A stretch of 4,019 nt of DNA from a virus (taxonomy: Duplodnaviria; Heunggongvirae; Uroviricota; Caudoviricetes), in IMG/VR virus record IMGVR_UViG_2657245634_000018; one strand, written 5' to 3'. The notes below the pieces were generated by a model, which worked only from the letters and a program-made list of their open reading frames with translations, made no database searches and was not told where the DNA came from. Both the position numbers and the translations under genes were made by a program. Numbering within the stretch: position 1 is the stretch's first letter; every line of letters starts with the position of its first letter. Shown here one piece after another: positions 1 to 4,019 of the stretch.

Positions 1-159
1 GTAATCAGCAAGCGATATACGCAGCGAATTGAGCGGCATAACCTGAATCTGAGGCAGCACCTGGCACGGCTGGGACGGAAGTCGCTGTCGTTCTCAAAAT
101 CGGTGGAGCTGCATGACAAAGTCATCGGGCATTATCTGAACATAAAACACTATCAATAA
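1..159 (+). CDS. insB: IS1 transposase InsB, C-terminal fragment (5' end outside window)
   Basis: Open frame from the window edge to TAA at 157-159. The stop lies inside the terminal inverted repeat, as in IS1. Absent from the ORF track because it has no start in the window. Confidence 0.85.
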   Translation, partial: VISKRYTQRIERHNLNLRQHLARLGRKSLSFSKSVELHDKVIGHYLNIKHYQ

Positions 160-174
160 GTTGGAGTCATTACC
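152..174. repeat. IS1 terminal inverted repeat (right end), 23 bp
   Basis: Direct match by eye to the IS1 terminal repeat; insertion junction at 174/175. Confidence 0.85.
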
Positions 175-459
175 CACAGTGTTATCGTTTTCTAACACAA
201 TGTGAATATTATCTGTGGCTAGATAGTAAATATAATGTGAGACATTGTGACGTTTTAGTTCAGAATAAAACAATTCACAGTTTAAATCTTTTCGCACTTG
301 ATCGAATATTTCTTTAAAAATGGCAACCTGAGCCATTGGTAAAACCTTCCATGTGATACGAGGGCGCGTAGTTTGCATTATCGTTTTTATCGTTTCAATC
401 TGGTCTGACCTCTTTGTGTTTTGTTGATGATTTATGTCAAATATTAGGAATGTTTTCAA
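175..459 (-). pseudogene. Phage right-arm ORF interrupted by IS1 (95 native codons fused to 26 IS1-derived codons; ORF-track entry 94..459)
   Basis: The minus-strand ORF crosses the IS1 junction: its last 26 residues ([26 protein letters not shown]) are the reverse-frame reading of the IS1 terminal repeat, so its 3' part is not native. Position matches a lambda right-arm ORF that I recall being annotated as a putative envelope protein; that identity is from memory. The track start is TTG with no Shine-Dalgarno; an internal ATG (residue 42) has GGAAGG 8 nt upstream, so the true start is uncertain. Confidence 0.5.
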
Positions 460-621
460 TTAATAGTATTGGTTGCGTAACAAAGTGCGGTCCTGCTGGC
501 ATTCTGGAGGGAAATACAACCGACAGATGTATGTAAGGCCAACGTGCTCAAATCTTCATACAGAAAGATTTGAAGTAATATTTTAACCGCTAGATGAAGA
601 GCAAGCGCATGGAGCGACAAA

Positions 622-828
622 ATGAATAAAGAACAATCTGCTGATGATCCCTCCGTGGATCTGATTCGTGTAAAAAATATGCTTAATAGCACCATTTCTA
701 TGAGTTACCCTGATGTTGTAATTGCATGTATAGAACATAAGGTGTCTCTGGAAGCATTCAGGGCAATTGAGGCAGCGTTGGTGAAGCACGATAATAATAT
801 GAAGGATTATTCCCTGGTGGTTGACTGA
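622..828 (+). CDS. Small hypothetical protein (68 aa) of the lambdoid right arm
   Basis: ATG at 622 preceded by GGAG (611-614) at 7-nt spacing; TGA stop at 826-828. Size and position match a 68-aa hypothetical ORF in the lambda right arm, as I recall it. Function unknown. Confidence 0.6.
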
Positions 829-992
829 TCACCATAACTGCTAATCATTCAAACTACTTAACCTGTGACAGAGCCAACACGCAGTCTGTCACTGTCAGGA
901 AAGTGGTAAAACTGCAACTCAATTACTGCAATGCCCTCGTAATTAAGTGAATTTACAATATCGTCCTGTTCGGAGGGAAGAACGCGGGATGT

Positions 993-1187
993 TCATTCTT
1001 CATCACTTTTAATTGATGTATATGCTCTCTTTTCTGACGTTAGCCTCCGACGGCAGGCTTCAATGACCCAGGCTGAGAAATTCCCGGACCCTTTTTGATC
1101 AAGAGCGATGTTAATTTGTTCAATCATTTGGTTAGGAAAGCGGATGTTGCGGGTTGTTGTTCTGCGGGTTCTGTTCTTCGTTGACAT
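993..1187 (-). CDS. Small hypothetical protein (64 aa), possible ribbon-helix-helix (Arc/MetJ-like) DNA-binding fold
   Basis: Complete ORF, ATG at 1187-1185 and TGA at 995-993. Basic N-terminal arm (STKNRTRRTTTRN) followed by a strand-helix-helix pattern (RNIRFP / NQMIEQINIALDQKG / SGNFSAWVIEACRRRL) like Arc-type repressors. Weak Shine-Dalgarno. Coding status not proven: the N-terminal codons overlap an imperfect 15-bp tandem DNA repeat (1148-1177). Confidence 0.5.
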   Translation of the reverse strand: MSTKNRTRRTTTRNIRFPNQMIEQINIALDQKGSGNFSAWVIEACRRRLTSEKRAYTSIKSDEE

Positions 1188-1356
1188 GAGGTTGCCCCGT
1201 ATTCAGTGTCGCTGATTTGTATTGTCTGAAGTTGTTTTTACGTTAAGTTGATGCGGATCAATTAATACGATACCTGCGTCATAATTGATTATTTGACGTG
1301 GTTTGATGGCGTAGATGCACGTTGTGACATGTAGATGATAATTATTATCATTTTGC

Positions 1357-1363
1357 GGGTCCT
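1357..1363 (+). promoter_or_regulatory. cosQ-like element (GGGTCCT) upstream of cosN
   Basis: Heptamer gggtcct lies about 24-30 bp to the left of the cohesive-end sequence, where cosQ sits in lambda. Exact boundaries are from memory. Confidence 0.4.
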
Positions 1364-1386
1364 TTCCGGCGATCCGACAGGTTACG

Positions 1387-1398
1387 GGGCGGCGACCT
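1387..1398. other. cosN: 12-nt cohesive-end sequence GGGCGGCGACCT (terminase nicking site; junction of phage right and left ends)
   Basis: Exact lambda-type cohesive end, preceded by ...gatccgacaggttacg (right-end type) and followed by cgcgggttttcgctatttatgaaaattttccgg (left-end type). Confidence 0.87.
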
Positions 1399-1440
1399 CG
1401 CGGGTTTTCGCTATTTATGAAAATTTTCCGGTTTAAGGTG

Positions 1441-1456
1441 TTTCCGTTCTTCTTCG
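1441..1456 (+). promoter_or_regulatory. cosB R3 element (Nu1 binding site)
   Basis: tttccgttcttcttcg is related to the R-element repeat found at 1495-1510 and 1536-1551, at the expected distance from cosN. Confidence 0.6.
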
Positions 1457-1457
1457 T

Positions 1458-1492
1458 CGTAACTTAATGTTTTTATTTAAAACACCCTCTAA
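1458..1492. promoter_or_regulatory. cosB I1 segment (AT-rich IHF bend site between R3 and R2)
   Basis: AT-rich tract aacttaatgtttttatttaaaa between R3 and R2 with a partial IHF-consensus match on the reverse strand; boundaries approximate. Confidence 0.45.
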
Positions 1493-1494
1493 AA

Positions 1495-1510
1495 AGAAAG
1501 GAAACGACAG
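1495..1510 (-). promoter_or_regulatory. cosB R2 element (Nu1 binding site, inverted relative to R1)
   Basis: agaaaggaaacgacag is the perfect reverse complement of the 16-mer at 1536-1551. Confidence 0.72.
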
Positions 1511-1535
1511 GTGCTGAAAACGGGCTTTTTGGCTT

Positions 1536-1551
1536 CTGTCGTTTCCTTTCT
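1536..1551 (+). promoter_or_regulatory. cosB R1 element (Nu1 binding site)
   Basis: ctgtcgtttcctttct; forms a 16-bp perfect inverted repeat with R2, directly upstream of the Nu1 start. Confidence 0.72.
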
Positions 1552-1575
1552 CTGTTTTTGTCCGTGGAATGAACA

Positions 1576-2121
1576 ATGGAAGTCAACAAAAAGCAGCTGG
1601 CTGACATTTTCGGCGCGAGTATCCGTACCATTCAGAACTGGCAGGAGCAGGGAATGCCCGTTCTGCGAGGCGGTGGGAAGGGTAATGAGGTGCTTTATGA
1701 CTCTGCCGCCGTCATAAAATGGTATGCCGAAAGGGATGCTAAAATTGAGAACGAAAAGCTGCGCCGGGAGGTTGAAGAACTGCGACAGGCCAGCGAGACA
1801 GATCTCCAGCCAGGGACTATTGAGTACGAACGCCATCGACTTACGCGTGCGCAGGCCGACGCACAGGAGCTGAAAAATGCCAGAGACTCCGCTGAAGTGG
1901 TGGAAACCGCATTCTGTTCTTTCGTGCTGTCGCGGATCGCAGGTGAAATTGCCAGTATTCTCGACGGGATCCCCCTGTCGGTGCAGCGGCGTTTTCCGGA
2001 ACTGGAAAACCGACATGTTGATTTCCTGAAACGGGATATCATCAAAGCCATGAACAAAGCAGCCGCGCTGGATGAACTGATACCGGGGTTGCTGAGTGAA
2101 TATATCGAACAGTCAGGTTAA
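1576..2121 (+). CDS. nu1: Terminase small subunit gpNu1 (181 aa)
   Basis: ORF-track protein MEVNKKQLADIFGASIRTIQNWQEQGMPVLRGGGKGNEV... is near-identical to lambda Nu1 as I recall it (about 4 substitutions in 181 aa). N-terminal helix-turn-helix segment; lies directly downstream of cosB. Confidence 0.97.
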   Translation: MEVNKKQLADIFGASIRTIQNWQEQGMPVLRGGGKGNEVLYDSAAVIKWYAERDAKIENEKLRREVEELRQASETDLQPGTIEYERHRLTRAQADAQELKNARDSAEVVETAFCSFVLSRIAGEIASILDGIPLSVQRRFPELENRHVDFLKRDIIKAMNKAAALDELIPGLLSEYIEQSG

Positions 2122-4019
2122 CAGGCTGCGGCATTTTGTCCGCGCCGGGCTTCGCTCACTCTTCAGGCCGGAGCCACAGACTGCCGTTGAATGGGCGGAT
2201 GCTAATTACTATCTCCCGAAAGAATCCGCATACCAGGAAGGGCGCTGGGAAACACTGCCCTTTCAGCGGGCCATCATGAATGCGATGGGCAGCGACTACA
2301 TCCGCGAGGTGAATGTGGTGAAGTCTGCCCGTGTTGGTTATTCCAAAATGCTGTTGGGTGTTTATGCCTACTTCATAGAGCATAAGCAGCGCAACACCCT
2401 TATCTGGTTGCCGACGGATGGTGATGCCGAGAACTTTATGAAAACCCACGTTGAGCCGACTATTCGTGATATTCCGTCGCTGCTGGCGCTGGCCCCGTGG
2501 TATGGCAAAAAGCACCGGGATAACACGCTCACCATGAAGCGTTTTACCAATGGTCGTGGCTTCTGGTGCCTGGGCGGTAAAGCGGCAAAAAACTACCGTG
2601 AAAAGTCGGTGGATGTGGCGGGTTATGATGAACTTGCTGCCTTTGATGATGATATTGAACAGGAAGGCTCTCCGACGTTCCTGGGCGATAAGCGTATTGA
2701 AGGCTCGGTCTGGCCAAAGTCCATCCGTGGCTCCACGCCCAAAGTGAGAGGCACCTGCCAGATTGAGCGTGCAGCCAGTGAATCCCCGCATTTTATGCGT
2801 TTTCATGTTACCTGCCCGCACTGCGGGGAGGAGCAGTACCTTAAATTTGGCGATAAAGAGACGCCGTTTGGCCTCAAATGGACGCCGGATGATCCCTCCA
2901 GCGTGTTTTATCTCTGCGAGCATAATGCCTGCGTCATCCGCCAGCAGGAGCTGGACTTTACTGATGCCCGTTATATCTGCGAAAAGACCGGGATCTGGAC
3001 CCGTGATGGCATTCTCTGGTTTTCGTCATCCGGTGAAGAGATTGAGCCGCCTGACAGTGTGACCTTTCACATCTGGACAGCGTACAGCCCGTTCACCACC
3101 TGGGTGCAGATTGTCAAAGACTGGATGAAAACGAAAGGGGATACGGGAAAACGTAAAACCTTCGTGAACACCACGCTCGGTGAGACGTGGGAAGCGAAAA
3201 TCGGCGAACGTCCGGATGCTGAAGTGATGGCAGAGCGGAAAGAGCATTATTCAGCGCCCGTTCCCGACCGTGTGGCTTACCTGACCGCCGGTATCGACTC
3301 CCAGCTGGACCGCTACGAAATGCGCGTATGGGGATGGGGGCCGGGTGAGGAAAGCTGGCTGATTGACCGGCAGATTATTATGGGCCGCCACGATGATGAA
3401 CAGACGCTGCTGCGTGTGGATGAGGCCATCAATAAAACCTATACCCGCCGGAATGGTGCAGAAATGTCGGTATCCCGTATCTGCTGGGATATTGGCGGGA
3501 TTGACCCGACTATTGTGTATGAACGCTCGAAAAAGCATGGGCTGTTCCGGGTGATCCCCATTAAAGGGGCATCCGTCTACGGAAAGCCGGTGGCCAGCAT
3601 GCCACGTAAGCGAAACAAAAACGGGGTTTACCTTACCGAAATCGGTACGGATACCGCGAAAGAGCAGATTTATAACCGCTTCACACTGACGCCGGAAGGG
3701 GATGAACCGCTTCCCGGTGCCGTTCACTTCCCGAATAACCCGGATATTTTTGATCTGACCGAAGCGCAGCAGCTGACTGCTGAAGAGCAGGTCGAAAAAT
3801 GGGTGGATGGCAGGAAAAAAATACTGTGGGACAGCAAAAAGCGACGCAATGAGGCACTCGACTGCTTCGTTTATGCGCTGGCGGCGCTGCGCATCAGTAT
3901 TTCGCGCTGGCAGCTGGATCTTAGTGCACTGCTGGCGAGCCTGCAGGAAGAGGANNGNGNANCANGGTGTCATCGTCTGCGTCGCATGTTAAGGTCAGGC
4001 CCACAGTATAAAAGAGAAC
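2096..4019 (+). CDS. A: Terminase large subunit gpA (stop not reached in window; lambda-type similarity ends near 3965)
   Basis: GTG at 2096, 26 nt before the Nu1 stop, opens a frame reading (M)NISNSQVNRLRHFVRAGLRSLFRPEPQTAVEWADANYYLPKES... (hand-translated) and remaining open to 4019. Frame checked at 2096, 2813 and 3941. Carries the lysine-containing segment VKSARVGYSKM near residue 76. Not in the ORF track because it has no stop in the window. About 620 lambda-like codons, then the anomalous tail. Confidence 0.93.
   Translation, partial: MNISNSQVNRLRHFVRAGLRSLFRPEPQTAVEWADANYYLPKESAYQEGRWETLPFQRAIMNAMGSDYIREVNVVKSARVGYSKMLLGVYAYFIEHKQRNTLIWLPTDGDAENFMKTHVEPTIRDIPSLLALAPWYGKKHRDNTLTMKRFTNGRGFWCLGGKAAKNYREKSVDVAGYDELAAFDDDIEQEGSPTFLGDKRIEGSVWPKSIRGSTPKVRGTCQIERAASESPHFMRFHVTCPHCGEEQYLKFGDKETPFGLKWTPDDPSSVFYLCEHNACVIRQQELDFTDARYICEKTGIWTRDGILWFSSSGEEIEPPDSVTFHIWTAYSPFTTWVQIVKDWMKTKGDTGKRKTFVNTTLGETWEAKIGERPDAEVMAERKEHYSAPVPDRVAYLTAGIDSQLDRYEMRVWGWGPGEESWLIDRQIIMGRHDDEQTLLRVDEAINKTYTRRNGAEMSVSRICWDIGGIDPTIVYERSKKHGLFRVIPIKGASVYGKPVASMPRKRNKNGVYLTEIGTDTAKEQIYNRFTLTPEGDEPLPGAVHFPNNPDIFDLTEAQQLTAEEQVEKWVDGRKKILWDSKKRRNEALDCFVYALAALRISISRWQLDLSALLASLQEEXXXXXCHRLRRMLRSGPQYKRE
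3955..3965. other. Cluster of six ambiguous base calls (N) at the point where lambda-type similarity ends
   Basis: N at 3955, 3956, 3958, 3960, 3962 and 3965. The interleaved called bases (g, g, a, c, a) agree with the lambda A sequence I recall; from 3966 onward (ggtgtcatcgtctgcgtcgcatgttaagg...) the sequence does not. Confidence 0.8.

Larger units (their letters stand above)
1..174 (+). mobile_element. IS1 insertion sequence, 3'-terminal portion (element body continues upstream of the window)
   Basis: Frame-1 translation of 1-159 gives the recognisable InsB C-terminus (...[52 protein letters not shown]-stop). Bases 152-174 (atcaataagttggagtcattacc) are the reverse complement of the IS1 terminal repeat GGTAATGACTCCAACTTATTGAT. 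Sequence character changes abruptly to AT-rich phage DNA at 175. Confidence 0.88.

Noticed and set aside
456-789. Minus-strand ORFs 456..695 and 583..789
   Set aside because: Overlap each other and run antisense to the better-supported 68-aa ORF 622..828, which has a clear ribosome-binding site; no start signals of their own.
1290-1350. Weak sigma70-like hexamers (ttgtga ... tattat) pointing toward cos
   Set aside because: Poor matches with non-optimal spacing in AT-rich DNA, where such hits arise by chance.
1489-2057. Minus-strand ORFs 1489..2016 and 1695..2057, and plus-strand ORF 1511..1717
   Set aside because: Antisense to or out of frame with Nu1, or overlapping the cosB repeats; explained by the confident Nu1 call.
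2156-3973. Long minus-strand ORFs (2156..2923, 3026..3247, 3251..3973) and short plus-strand ORFs in another frame (2550..2747, 2763..3062, 3363..3554, 3807..3992)
   Set aside because: All lie inside the terminase A coding region, whose plus-strand frame is supported by near-identity to a known protein. These are shadow ORFs of a GC-balanced gene.
3966-4019. Possible IS1-related origin of the post-N tail (a roughly 13-nt stretch, gtcatcgtctgcg, resembles an internal IS1 segment as I recall it)
   Set aside because: Similarity is short, is not at an IS1 terminus, and is lost immediately afterwards. It rests on recalled sequence only, so it is not used as evidence; the tail stays unassigned.
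1-4019. Novel defence or other undescribed multi-gene system; CRISPR array; tRNA or att site
   Set aside because: No repeat-spacer structure, no tRNA-like sequence and no unexplained multi-gene block. Apart from the small right-arm ORFs and the 3' junction, every segment is accounted for by IS1, cos and the terminase genes.

Overview
This window is the packaging (cos/terminase) junction of a lambda-type (lambdoid) phage or prophage, with the tail of an IS1 element at its left edge. Calls rest on reading the sequence and on recollection of the lambda and IS1 sequences; no database search was run. Layout, left to right: (1) 1-174 is the 3' end of IS1 (InsB C-terminus plus the 23-bp terminal inverted repeat), and the element continues upstream of the window; (2) 175-1386 is AT-rich right-arm DNA carrying small ORFs of unknown function, one of which appears to be interrupted by the IS1; (3) about 1357-1551 is a complete cos site (cosQ-like, cosN 12-nt cohesive end, cosB R3/I1/R2/R1); (4) 1576-2121 is the terminase small subunit Nu1; (5) 2096 to the window end is the terminase large subunit A, overlapping Nu1 by 26 nt. 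At 3955-3965 there are six N base calls, and from 3966 the sequence no longer resembles the lambda-type A 3' end. I see no CRISPR array, tRNA/rRNA or recognisable defence system; the window is almost fully explained by a well-known packaging module plus an IS insertion. The points worth a second look are the unresolved 3' junction, the IS1 disruption and a small ribbon-helix-helix-like ORF beside cos.
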